Shown: positions 11,813-23,983, counted from the stretch's first letter. The stretch: 64,000 bases of DNA from Eledone cirrhosa (GCA_964016885.1 OZ024764.1:27652001-27716000), one strand, 5' to 3'. Notes: generated by a model from the letters alone, not told the origin. Made by a program: numbers and translations.

Positions 11813-13471
11813 AGTACCAACAAATAATGACTGCTCACCACAAAAAATGGCTATGATAAGAGAGGTGTTGCATGAATGTTATCCATATGTCGAAGTGTAC
11901 AATACAATGCATGGCATCAAACAGCAAAGTTCTAGAAGAGAAAATTGTCGTGTACAGAACTGTGAATTAAGATTTAGAAGAGGATCAGATATGAGCTGCT
12001 ATAATTTACCAACTAGTAATGATAGCTGTTGTTTTGTGGGGGATTGAGGGCACACCACCTGTACAAAGAGATATTATCATCTTTCCTAAAGACCATCCTC
12101 CTCAGAAAATACCACATAATTCATGCCACTTGGACCTCATGACCGACCGATAATGGTGAATTTTGGTGGCATAGTGACATGGAGAGGAATGCAGGACCTG
12201 TGTTTGCAATAGACTGACAATGCAGGAGTATTACATATACTGTATAGCATATAGAGGAGGATTTAGTGCGATATATAGGGCAGGTAAATTATTTTAGCAG
12301 TATTTAGTGGATGCCTATATGAAAGTAGAGGGATGCAGGCTTCAATATTTGAGGAACAATCAAGCCCAATTGTGAGTGGATGAGTATAATGGTTTAATGA
12401 ATTATCTAAACAGATGATAACACTGAGCCTTAAAAAATGAAGACAAGATATGAAACAGAGAAGACATTGACAGAATCGTGTCAGCAGAAATACCTGCATT
12501 GGAAGATGATCCAGTACTACATGAGCAGGTTTAAAAGTTTATTATCCACAGGCCATGTGGTTCTGGAAACCCTTTTCCCCCATTTATACAAAATGGATTT
12601 TTCCAAAAGAACTATCCAAAAACCTACAGAAGGGAAACATTATTGAACCTAAATGGATACCCAGAGTACAGGAGGTGCAAGACAGGAACTGCAGTGTAAA
12701 TTGGATGACATTCAGTAGATAACAGGAATGTTGTGCCACTTAATGCCTTTTTGCTTAAGAAATATTGTGCACATATTAATGTTGAAGTTTGCGCTTCTGT
12801 AAAAAGTGTCAAGTACCTCTTTAAATATGTTACATGGGGCATGATTGTACATCTATAGAAGTAACGAATAATGCATTACCTAATGAGGCTCAGAAGCAAC
12901 ACAACCATGATGAAATAAGAACCTATCTTTGTTGCAGGTATGTGTCTCAGCCAGAAGCAGTGTTGTGTCTCTCAGAATTTAAGCTTCATGGTACATCACA
13001 TACAGTATACAGCCTAGCCACACACCTGGAGAACAAACAGAGTTTACTTTCAAAGAGGCAATGCTTACACCTTCTGGGATGCCGCCTCACTAACTCCAAT
13101 TAAAAGCAGGATCAATAATAATGCTTCTATGGAATATTTCAATCCAGAACAGATTATTTTATTGGCACAAGATTAGAAGTAGTGGAACTGCATAAACATT
13201 TTATCGAAGCTTCTCATATCTATGGTCCTTTGATGGGCAGGTGTGTTTTGATCCGAAGACTGAAGTTAGTTCCCAGTGGTGCCAACATCCCTTTTACTTT
13301 GGAAAGACCCCAGTTTCCATTAAGACTGTCATATGCCATGACAATCAACAAGAACCATGGTCAAATACATGATAAAGTGGGTCTGTTCCTCCCTGAGCAA
13401 GTATTTAACCCTGGACAATTGTATGTTGCTTTTTCAAGAGTTCACAGACAGATGTAAAAATTAATCCTAGC

Positions 13472-13868
13472 AAACCCCCACCACTCCTACAACTGTTAGC
13501 TGTTAGACCACCCCCAGCACCACCCAACCTCCGTTCTAGTCCCACCGTTAGAACCAATGCTGCTTACCCTGCCTCTTTTACTAGTTCACTCCTTCGCTCG
13601 AATTTCAAAGCTGGCCCTCTACACTTGGTCGTGCTCTCTGTGTCCGCACTAGCCGGTACCTAAACACAATAAAATGTCACCTGTGCTACCAAAACTACCA
13701 CAGGAACTCTGTCGGCATCAGCAAGGCTCAAGCCGAAAGGCTTCAATACTAGACCTGTAATCAGGGCCACTTTACCTCCGACGACCAGCTTTCTACCGAT
13801 TGTGTGTTGATGGAGGGGACATGAGACCAGCAAAGTCCTAGGAGTAGAGACTAGTAAATAATAAACGG
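13472..13868 (+). mobile_element. About 0.4-kb insertion with 7-bp TSD TCCTAGC at the Helitron C-terminus, encoding a degenerate PHD-finger-like peptide (copies 22864-23281, ~29859-30276, ~42491-42887, ~51854-52271)
   Basis: TCCTAGC at 13465-13471 and 13869-13875. In the beta copies the insert translates CALC..IKCHLC..YHRNSVGI..Y*TCNQG. Confidence 0.6.
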
Positions 13869-15232
13869 TCCTAGCTATGTTAAGAAGACAAGAGAAATAA
13901 ATATTTACCTCTTTCATGTAGGTAATATAGCGGTGTTATAAAAGTAATTATACGACCGGTGTAACAGTCGGTATAAATGAAAGATGTAGAAATGAAAGTT
14001 GCAACAATGACATGAATAAATATACAGTAATTTAATATGAGCAAGAATAAATATTTAATGGAATTAATTAAGTGTAATTTAATAAGAAATAAGAAATAAG
14101 TAAAACAGTAAAAGAAACAATAACAAACAAAATGGAGTCACATAAAATTTGGTTTATCTTTATAAAGCTTATTTTAAACGCGATTTTCCTTTTAAATCCG
14201 TAGCTCCGCTTACTAACCTTAGGGCTGTAACGTTACATGGTTCGAATCTTACACTCTTCTCTATAGTGCCACACGAGTTATCTCCTAGTCTTTTTATATA
14301 GTTTCACTGTTTAGTGAAAGAGGGCGCTACGAACAGTTACTTATGTAGATGGGTGGTTAGCGATTCGGCTTACAAACATTAGCATCATGACGTTACATGG
14401 GTTCGAACCCTTCCGGCGCCTCAATTTTTCAAATAGAGTTATCACCCATGGTTCTTTAGAGTTTCATTGCTTACTCGAAAGATGGCGCGGGGATCATCTT
14501 TTACGATGAGTAGTAAGAGACAATAATACATGGAAGGAGGAGAAATAGAGAGAGATAGAAAGACGAATGTGTCACACACTCAATTCTCTCACCCTCTCTT
14601 TACTTTTATTACTCTATCTACCTCTACTTTCTCACCCTCTCTTTTTTTCTATTACACTTTCTTCCTCGTATTTCTCACCCTCTCTTTATTTCTATTACTC
14701 TATCTACCTCATATTTCTCACCTTATCTTTACTTCTTTTATTCTTTCTTCTTTGTATTTCTCACCCTCTATCTATCTCTTATTTCTCATCTCTCTTTACT
14801 TCTGACAGAGTGATAGATGTAAAGAGAAGGTGAGAAATAAGAGGTTGATAGATTTGGCTGTTATTTTTAACATTTTCTAATCATATGAGAGAGAGAGAGA
14901 GAGTATAAGATATATAGAGAGGGGGAAATCGCCGATGTTTACGTTGAGAAAACCTTATAAAATGTTATAAATGGGTTTATAAAGAACAGAATGAGATAAA
15001 CAAGACAAAGACAGATAAAATAAAATCAGCGATTTATTTATAATATTTTAATATATTTTTCCTGGTCGTCTGCTTCCATTGATAGAGAGAGGAGTGGTGG
15101 GAGGTAGCCATAACAACCGTGGTAGCAACACTGTGGTTTTTAAAGAAGTGAATACAAGAAAAACTAAACAAGCAACAAATTTAATTTACTAAAATTAGTT
15201 TAAACATCTAAATCTTAAGAATATTAAATCTC

Positions 15233-15448
15233 TTACCCCTTTAGCATTCACATTACTCTATATATACTATTGTATTTTCACAGTAACGGCTTTATCTCAC
15301 ATAATATCGAATCTATGAGATTTCGATATTATTTATTTTCAGAACAATACTTTAACATCAGTATGAGTGGTTAATTAGGGCTGGTTTGAACAGAAAGAGG
15401 TGAGAGAATTCTGGCCGGTTACAGCTGGTTTTAATGCTAAGGGGTTAA
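15233..15448. mobile_element. piggyBac-like MITE (copy 44252-44467)
   Basis: Ends TTACCCCTTTAGCATT and AATGCTAAGGGGTTAA are near-perfect inverted repeats with TTAA-like termini; non-coding interior. Confidence 0.7.
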
Positions 15449-15454
15449 GCCCTT

Positions 15455-17695
15455 CAAGATGTGTATGACGAGAAAGAAGCCGTTTTAGAATCGTATGACA
15501 TAGATAATAACTGGAATTTCTTATGTGACAACTTACTGCAGGCTGCTGAAGACACTTGTGGCTGGAGCAGAGCTCCGACCAGACAGAGAGTGACCTGGTG
15601 GTGGGACAACACGGTAGATAAGGCCATTAGAGACAAAAGACTAGCATGGAACACTTGGATAAATGGTGGGAGTAGAGACCGATGCACAGCCGCTAAGAAA
15701 GAAGCTAGACGTCAGGTGTACTTAGCACGCAGGGAGGCTGAGAATAGGAGGGTTGCCAATGTTCTGTGACGGGAAGATCAAAGACGTGCGGTGTTCCGCA
15801 TTGCAAGCCAGTGTGTCAGTGTAAATCGGGATGTTGTTGGAGATAAATGTGTCCGGAATGATGCTGGTGTACTCAGTGTCAATAATGATCAGAAAAAGGA
15901 GGCCTGGAAATGCCATTATGAGAGGCTGATGAATGTAGAGAATGAATGGGAGAGAGAGAAACTACCCACATTTGACCGAACAGAGGGACCAGCTATTGAG
16001 ATTGTTGACTATAGGGTCAAAGAGGCAATTAAAGAAAGGAAAAATGGTAAGGCAGCTGGACCATCAGGGATAGTTGCTGAGATGCTGAAGGCATGAGGAG
16101 AAGTAGGTACTAAACTGGTTGCAAGCATAATCAATCAAGCTATATATGGCGGAGTCATACCCAAAGACTGGTGCAGCAGTATTCTCATAAATTGCTACAA
16201 AGGTAAAGGGGATGCTCTGGAGAGGATCAATTATAGAGGCAGAAAACTGATGGATCAGGTTATGAAAGTGGCAGAAAGGATATTAGAGCAACTAATTAGA
16301 GAAAGAGTCAAACTAGATGAGATGCAGTTTGGTTTTGTGCCTGGGAAAAGTACAACCGATGCCCTCTTCTTAGAGAAGAATAAGCCATTATACTTAGCTT
16401 TTGTTGACCTAGAGAAAGCCTTTGATAGTGTACCCCAGTCTGTCATCTGGTGATCCCTAAGGAAACTAGGTGTTGAGGAATGGCTTGTGAGGACAGTACA
16501 AGCTTTGTACAGAGGTACTGTCTGTAAAGTGAGGGTAGGAATGGAGTTTAGTGAGGAATTCCAGATACAAGGAGGAGTCCATCAGAGTTCGGTCCTCAGC
16601 CCGCTCTTCTTCATTATAGTCCTCCAAGCCATAACAGAGGAGTTTAAGACTAGCTGCCCATGGGAACTTCTCTATACTGACAATCTGGTTTTTATAGCAG
16701 AATCAGTAGAGGAGCTAGAGAATAAATTCTGGCTATGGAAACAGCAGTTGGAATTAAGAGGACTGAGAGTGAACCCAGCTAAAACAAAAGTGTTGATAAG
16801 TAGAAAAAAGGACAAAACTCTGATGGCCATGTTCGATATGCAGAAAAGGAACTGGCATACATTCTATAAAATGTACACAATGCAGATCTTGGGTACACAC
16901 GAGATGTAGTGGGATAGCAGGCAAACTAACAGGTAGGGAAAACTACGTATGCAGTAGATGTACAGGGAAATTTGACAGTAGAAGTTGCATTGATAGACAC
17001 ATTTTTCAAATGCAAGTTGGTTCTATAAAAGTGGTTGATAGCTTCAGTACCTAGGTGATCAGATTAGTATGGGAGGGGGGGGGGGGGGGTGTTCCGAGGC
17101 CATAGTATCTAGAATAAGGACGGGCTGGAAGAAGTTTAGGGAGCTGCCTCCTCTGGTGACAAAGAGGGTTTCTCCCTGCATACAAAAGGTTGGTTGTATG
17201 ATGCCTGTGTGAGATGCACAATGTTGCATGGTAGTGAGACATGGGCAGCAACTGCAGAGGATATGCGAAGGCTGAAGAGAAATGAAGCAAGCATGCTCCA
17301 TTGGATGTGCAATGTCAATGTGCGTGAAAGACCAAGCATGGACGAGTTGAGAGTGAAACTCTATAAGAAGGATAAACTGCAGTGTGCGGGAGAAAAGACT
17401 GCGTTGGTATGGCCATGCGATGCGTATGCAGGATTACCGCAGGGTGAAGAAGTGCCAAGTAATCCCAGTGGGAGGAATATGCAGTAGAGGAAGACCAAGG
17501 AAGATATGGGCAGAGGTAGTGAGAGCTGACCTCAGATCGTTGAAGCTCAGAGGAGATGATGAAGGAGAGATGCTGCGCTGAAGAGGATCTGTCCCACCCT
17601 TATAAGCAGGGAAAAGTGGATGTATAATGATGATGATATATATATATGTCCCACCCTTGCAAACAGGCAAAAGCAGACGTAAAATGAAAATGATG
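15455..17695 (+). pseudogene. 5'-truncated RTE-like LINE ORF2 remnant (reverse transcriptase), copy 1
   Basis: TWWWD, KNGKAAGPSGIVAEMLK, MQFGFVPGKSTTDA, LAFVDLEKAFDSVP, GVHQSSVLSPLFF, LLYTDNL (degenerate YADD), KTKV, LHGSETW, LRWYGHAMR, RGRPRKIW; (TGA)n-type tail. Stops and frameshifts; no APE endonuclease. Confidence 0.92.
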
Positions 17696-17719
17696 ATATA
17701 TATATAGATAGATAGATAG

Positions 17720-17768
<49 letters not shown>

Positions 17769-18109
17769 CTTATACGTCATGGTGGCTACAGGTGCCAAGA
17801 GGAAGAAGCCGGACAATCCTCTGATATTTGTTTATCTTCCTTTCCTTCGTGGGCCGCGGTACCCGGGTTTGTGGCCGAAGCGACCAAGTTGAAATCGGCC
17901 ACCGGTGGTTGATATCACCAGGTTAGGAAACCCTGGTTTAGTCGCTCCAGTTATTACTTCGTTAGACATAGTCAGTAATTGAAATTAAAGCCTAAAGGTG
18001 TACTAAAGCCACAAACGTTTTTCTATCTATGAATTATTAGTGGTGTAAACAGATGAATTAAAGTCAAAGCTAACAAATATATCACCAAGAAGAATATCTA
18101 AGGATTTCC

Positions 18110-18330
18110 AAAGTGTAAAGTCAGCTCAAGCCTGGAGACTTATCAAGCAGGTGCCTGTCCCAGTTCCTCTAGCGTAAAGGGACTGAGAGTACATGACTTC
18201 CCCCTGGACATGATGTCAGTCCATCGCAGGGTTAACCCCCCACCTATGTGAAATTAAGTTTTTGCTCAAGTAAAACAACTAACAACACGCTCCAGGAATC
18301 GAATACACATATGATCGTAAGACCACGGGC
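18110..18330 (-). mobile_element. Decayed SINE-like fragment (copy ~47136-47356)
   Basis: CCCCCTGGACATGATGTCAGTCCATCGCAGGGTTAACCCC...TTAAGTTTTTGCTCAAG...CCAGGAATCGAA resembles the reverse complement of widespread metazoan tRNA-SINE cores. Family not assigned. Confidence 0.45.
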
Positions 18331-18917
18331 CTCCACTATCGAAGGATCTACCCTTCATTAAAGAATAAATTAGACTTATGCTTACATCGCCGACATAATT
18401 ATGGTCGGAAAGGACATTACTGAAAATAAGGAATGAACAACTAAAGGAAGACAGAAACGGTCCCTCCTATCTGAAATATTAAGGAAGGAATCTACACAGG
18501 AGGGCCCATCTTCCTACCAAAAGAATTATTTTAACAAGCCTACATCCTACTGAGCCAAAGAAAGGGGCCTCATAACTAGAACATGCTTCATTTGTCCTAA
18601 ATACGGAGCTGACTTTACATATAATTATATATATGTATATATATATAGTATGTGTGTGTGTGTATGAAGATGTATGACCCCTAGCAAGCCAAACTACAGT
18701 TACTCCCCAACATGGATAGCAAATTAAAACATTACCTGTTAGAGACAAACGTGAAATGATTTGTTAGTGAACTACCGGTGTAACAGTAATTATGTTACCG
18801 GTGTAACTATTTCTGTTTACCTTATTTTTAAATGACACTCCTATATTAGTTTAGTGACCTTTCAATTCAAATAAATTCTTGATGATGATTGAACTCGCAT
18901 CGGAGTAGCCCAACGCC

Positions 18918-19303
18918 TTGGCCTCCGCGTGTGTGAGCCACATAAATGCTCTCAACGACATAGTGAGAAGAAGCCTGGACGCAGCTGAATTTCCATCTCA
19001 ACTGGAGCCAGCAGGCCTAGGCCGCGGAGATGGCAAGCACCCCGAGGGAATCACCCTCTTTCCATTCGAAGGAGGTAGATCCACAAACCCCAGCATCGCT
19101 GCCCGTCTCGCAGATGAACATAAAATAAACAAATTCCGGTGTTTGTCCTGGAGCCTCTTCTAAGCACCAGCCGCCGTCGAGACCCCGGGCCAACTTGGAC
19201 CCATTACAGCCGAGCTCCTCCGCAACATCGCAGTGTCTGTGGCCTGTCTGAGGATGGAGTCCCACGAGGTTGGATGCCTGTTGCAGCAGGTGTCACTGTC
19301 CTT
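18918..19303 (+). pseudogene. CRE-clade REL-endonuclease fragment, type 2 (copies 25871, 32864, 47944, 54720)
   Basis: HINALNDIVRRSLDAAEFPSQLEPAGLGRGDGKHPEGITLFPFEGGR (RHxxxND...EP.GL.R.DG.RPDG motif). Reads through one stop to APAAVETPGQLGP...LLQQVSLSL. The WD-containing segment is missing. Confidence 0.75.
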
Positions 19304-19419
19304 ACATATATATACGTAAATGTTCCCTTGACTGCTATTTCTAGCATATATTAATAGACACTTTAGAAACAGCAGCTAAAAATCAAGAAACAACAGTGTG
19401 TGTCTGTATATATATACAC

Positions 19420-19516
<97 letters not shown>

Positions 19517-19600
19517 AGCCAAAGACACGCACACACGCACATACACATACACACAGGTGTATGTCTGCGTGTATGTATATATATGTGTGTGTCTTTTCGT

Positions 19601-19642
<42 letters not shown>
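19420..19642. repeat. (GA)n plus (CA)n/(TG)n plus (TC)n(TA)n microsatellite cluster (copies ~26372, 33365, 48446, 55222)
   Basis: Read directly; tract lengths differ between copies. Confidence 0.95.
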
Positions 19643-19643
<1 letters not shown>

Positions 19644-20011
19644 CAGTGATCCCCCTCGCAACCTTTAATTAAACAAACCTGCGATGAGGCGATGATCAAA
19701 ATAAACACCAAAGTGTAAACAAACAGCCCATAGGTGCTGCCGGATACACGATAACATGTGTAGACGAAGTAAAACTTTTATTACTGTAATATAAAGTAGA
19801 AACCCTTTATTTAAACAAAGCTGCGTAGCAGCGATGATCAAAACAAACTTCAAAGTGTAAACAAACCTCTCGTAGGTGCGGCCAGATACACGCTAACATG
19901 TGTATACGAAGTGTAACAGGGAGTTGGGTCGTATTATATCACTTTCAAATTGACCCCTATTATATTCAAATTATCCCCTGTGGGGCGTGCACCCCACGTT
20001 GAGAATCCCTC
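19643..20011 (+). mobile_element. hAT-like MITE remnant with an internal tandem duplication (related copies ~25201, 26637, 32194, 33638, 35190 on minus, 48633, 54040, 55480, 57003 on minus)
   Basis: Ends GGGGCGTGCACCCCACGTTGAGAATCCCT; a related copy starts CAGTGGTCGCCAAACTTTT (25201). Both are typical hAT termini. Confidence 0.5.
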
Positions 20012-20358
20012 ATAAATAAATATATGTGAGTGTGTTGCTATGACTGCTATTTCTAGCAGGTTTACTGCAGTCCTGTAGACGCACAACAAAAACCGGAAGT
20101 GGTAGCCATTAAAAAACTTTGGCTTAAAATCAGGCAAAAGTTTTTTAACAATTTGCCAAGAAAGATAACTCTTGTCTGACTTAATCGCAAAAATCGAGGC
20201 AAAAATTTTGCGGCTGTGCAGTTTGTTTGGTGTATTTGACTGCTATTTCTAGCATGTATGGACGTATGTACGGTATAGGTGTATTTATATTTAGGATAGT
20301 TATCAAAGGTAAATAGACTGGTTGGAGTAATAACAGTCTTGTTTATGTATATACACAC

Positions 20359-20390
<32 letters not shown>

Positions 20391-20494
20391 GTTTGTTCTT
20401 GTATTTCTATAGAAAAGGTAAAGAAAAGAAGAATGCTCTATGTATTGTACAGAGCTATTTAATTACATAATAAACAACAGAATATAATTATTCC

Positions 20495-23330
20495 ATGCAA
20501 ATAGACTTAGAATGGAAAACATTCAGACAGAGAAGAATGGATAATGAGCGTCATAAGAGAAATTGGCCAACAATTAATATTAATGGAAATCTAGAAGAAT
20601 TTCATATTAGTGATATGAATGTTTCGTGTGATCACTGTGAAGCTTTGAAATTTAGAAATGAAAATTGTAACTGTTGTAATAAAGGAAAGGTTGTGTTGCC
20701 TCCATTGCAAATATACCCCGAGAGACTGAGAAATCTCTTTGAAAGAGGCCAGGAAGCAGTTGATTTCACAGAAACATCTGCAATTAAAACTACATTTATT
20801 TCACTTCATTTGGTGTTACCACCCGGCAGAGGCCCGTATAGCTTTCATATTCAGGGTCAAACATATCAATACACCCCCATCTCTGTAACCTGCAGAAAAT
20901 ACACCACAATATGGCCAGTTATATATTATTGATGGGAACGAAGGTGTGTAGCACAGATTGGAAGTACGACCAAATAATTGTTTCTGGCACAAGGCCAGCA
21001 ATTACTGGTACTTTATTCTATCGACCTCATAAGGATGAAAACAAAGTCAACCTTGGAGGGATTTGAACCCAGAACGTAAAGGGCCATAACCCTATGCTGC
21101 AAAGCATGGTGTCTGACGCTCTACCGATACTGCCAATCCACCGCCCTAGTACCAACAAATAATGACTGCTCACCACAAAAAATGGCTATGATAAGAGAGG
21201 TGTTGCATGAATGTTATCCATATGTCGAAGTGTACAATACAATGCATGGCATCAAACAGCAAAGTGCAAGAAGAGAAAATTGTCGTGTACAGAACTGTGA
21301 ATTAAGATTTAGAAGAGGATCAGATATGAGCTGCTATAATTTACCAACTAGTAATGATAGCTGTTGTTTTGTGGGGTTTGAGGGCAGACCACCTGTACAA
21401 AGAGATATTATCATCTTTCCTAAAGACCATCCTCCTCAGAAAATATCACATAATTCATGCCACTTGGACCTCATGACTGACCCATAATGGTGAATTTTGG
21501 TGGCATAGTGACATGGAGAGGAATGCAGGACCTGTGTTTGCAATAGACTGACAATGCAGGAGTATTACATATACAGTATAGCATATAGAGGAGGATTTAG
21601 TGTGATATATAGGGCAGGTAAATTATTTTAGCAGTATTTAGTGGATGCCTATATGAAAGTAGAGGGATGCAGGCTTCTATATTTGAGGAACAATCAAGCC
21701 CAATTGTGAGTGGATGAGTATAATGGTTTAATGAATTATCTAAACAGATGATAACACTGAGCCTTAAAAAATGAAGACAAGATAAGAAACAGAGAAGACA
21801 TTGACAGAATCGTGTCAGCAGAAATACCTGCATTGGAAGATGATCCAGTACTACATGAGCAGGTTTAAAAGTTTATGATCCACAGGCCATGTGGTTCTGG
21901 AAACCCTTTTCCCCCATTTATACAAAATGGATTTTTCCAAAAGAACTATCCAAAAACCTACAGAAGGGAAACATTATTGAACCTAAATGGATACCCAGAG
22001 TACAGGAGGTGCAAGACAGGAACTGCAGTGTAAATTGGATGACATTCAGTAGATAACAGGAATGTTGTGCCATTTAATGCCTTTTTGATTAAGAAATATT
22101 GTGCACATATTAATGTTGAAGTTTGCGCTTCTGTAAAAAGTGTCAAGTACCTCTTTAAATATGTTACATGGGGCATGATTGTACATCTATAGAAGTAACG
22201 AATAATGCATTACCTAATGAGGCTCAGAACCAACACAACCATGATGAAATAAGAACCTATCTTTGTTGCAGGTATGTGTCTCAGCCAGAAGCAGTGTCGT
22301 GTCTCTCGGAATTTAAGCTTCATGGTACATCACATACAGTATACAGCCTAGTCACACACCTGGAGAACAAACAGAGTTTACTTTCAAAGAGGCAATGCTC
22401 AGGTTGTGGTAGAAATGCAGGGACCCTTGCTGCCTGGTTCAAGCTAAAAGAACTTGCTTACACCTTCTGGGATGCCGCCTCACAAACTCCAATTATAAGC
22501 AGGATCAATAATAATGCTTCTATGGAATATTTCAATCCAGAACAGATTATGTAATGGCACAAGATTAGAAGTAGTAGAACTGCATAAACATTTTATCAAA
22601 GCTTCTCATATCTATGGTCCTTTGATGGGCAGGTGTGTTTTGATCCCAAGACTGAAGTTATCCCCCAGTGGTGCCAACATCCCTTTTACTTTGGAAAGAC
22701 CCCAGTTTCCATTAAGACTGTCATATGCCATGACAATCAACAAGAACCATGGTCAAATACATGATAAAGTGGGTCTGTTCCTCCCTGAGCAAGTATTTAA
22801 CCCTGGACAATTGTATGTTGCTTTTTCAAGAGTTCACAGACAGATGTAAAAATTAATCCTAGCAAACCCCCACCACTCCTACAACTGTTAGCTGTTAGCC
22901 CACCCCAGCACCACCCAACCTCCGTTCTAGTCCCACCGTTAGAACCAATGCTGCTTACCCTGCCTCTTTTACTAGTTCACTCCGTCGCTCGAATTTCAAA
23001 GCTGGCCCTCTACACTTGGTCGTTGCCAGCTCACCACCTGGTTGTGCTCTCTGTGTCCGCACTAGCCGGTACCTAAACACAATAAAATGTCACCTGTGCT
23101 ACCAAAACTACCACAGGAACTCTGTCGGCATCAGCAAGGCTCAAGCCGAAAGGCTTCAATACTAGACCTGTAATCAGGGCCACTTTACCTCCGACGACCA
23201 GCTTTCTACCGAGTGTGTGTTGATGGAGGGGACATGAGACCAGCAAAGTCCTAGGAGTAGAGACTAGTAAATAATAAACGGTCCTAGCTATGTTAAGAAT
23301 ATATATAAGAAAAATGTTCTATACATTTAA
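20495..23330 (+). pseudogene. Helitron Rep/Helicase remnant, copy 2 (type beta)
   Basis: Same motifs as copy 1 plus TLAAWFKL and MLL..RLCNGTRL; same SINE and 3' insertion. Confidence 0.92.
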
Positions 23331-23420
23331 GAAGACAAGAGAAATAAATATTTACCTCTTTCATGTAGGTAATATAGCGGTGTTATAAAAGTATAATAAC
23401 TGATGCAGGTAGTTTGTTTC

Positions 23421-23899
23421 AAACTATAACACATATAACTCTATCAGTGAAGCCCTTTAGTATAGGTCAACTAGGAAACTATAACACATATAACCCTATC
23501 AGTGAAGTCCTTTAGTATAGGTCAACTGGGAAACGATAACACATATAACCCTATCAGTGAAGTCCTTTAGTATAGGTCAACTGGGAAACTATAACACATA
23601 TAACCCTATCAGTGAAGTCCTTTAGTATAGGTCAACTGGGAAACTATAACACATATAACCCTATCAGTGAAGCCCTCTGGGAAACTATAACACATATAAC
23701 TCTATCAGTGAAGCCCTTTAGTATAGGTCAACTGGGAAACTATAACACATATAACCCTATCAGTGAAGTCCTTTAGTATAGGTCAACTGGGAAACTATAA
23801 CACATATAACCCTATCAGTGAAGTCCTTTAGTATAGGTCAACTGGGAAATTATAACACATATAACCCTATCAGTGAAGTCCTTTAGTATAGGTCAACTA
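23421..23899 (+). repeat. 55-bp minisatellite (AACTATAACACATATAACCCTATCAGTGAAGTCCTTTAGTATAGGTCAACTGGGA), about 9 units, one shortened
   Basis: Period of 55 (ATAAC at 23481, 23536, 23591). Followed by a hAT-like end GGCCCGCGGGCCGCCTGTTGCACGCCCCT. Confidence 0.95.
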
Positions 23900-23983
23900 A
23901 CAGAAGTATTAAGGTGGGCTCGATTGTGGCCCGCGGGCCGCCTGTTGCACGCCCCTCCTTTAGACAGAATATCTATCACAGTT

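Larger units (their letters stand above)
11177..13885 (+). pseudogene. Helitron Rep/Helicase remnant, copy 1 (type alpha, extra microdeletions)
   Basis: CDHCGALKF..CCNKGKVVLP, GPYSFHIQGQ, QLYIID, IVSAEIP..IHRPCG, GYPEYRR, AHINVEVCASVKSVKYLFKY, RYVSQPEA, and the Pif1-type C-terminus QFPLRLSYAMTINK..GQLYVAFSRV. Many stops and frameshifts. Confidence 0.92.

Noticed and set aside
14530-14855. Hydrophobic 88-91-aa ORFs
   Set aside because: Arise from a degenerate TTCTCACCCTCT low-complexity repeat.
19363-19672. RERE, SLSL and YIYI ORFs here and at 26.3, 33.3, 34.6, 48.4, 55.2, 56.5 and 63.5 kb
   Set aside because: Translations of dinucleotide microsatellites.
20495-23330. Active Helitron or host PIF1 gene
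   Set aside because: Stops, frameshifts, a SINE insertion and missing HUH and Walker motifs. No convincing 5'-TC or 3' hairpin-CTRR termini found by eye.
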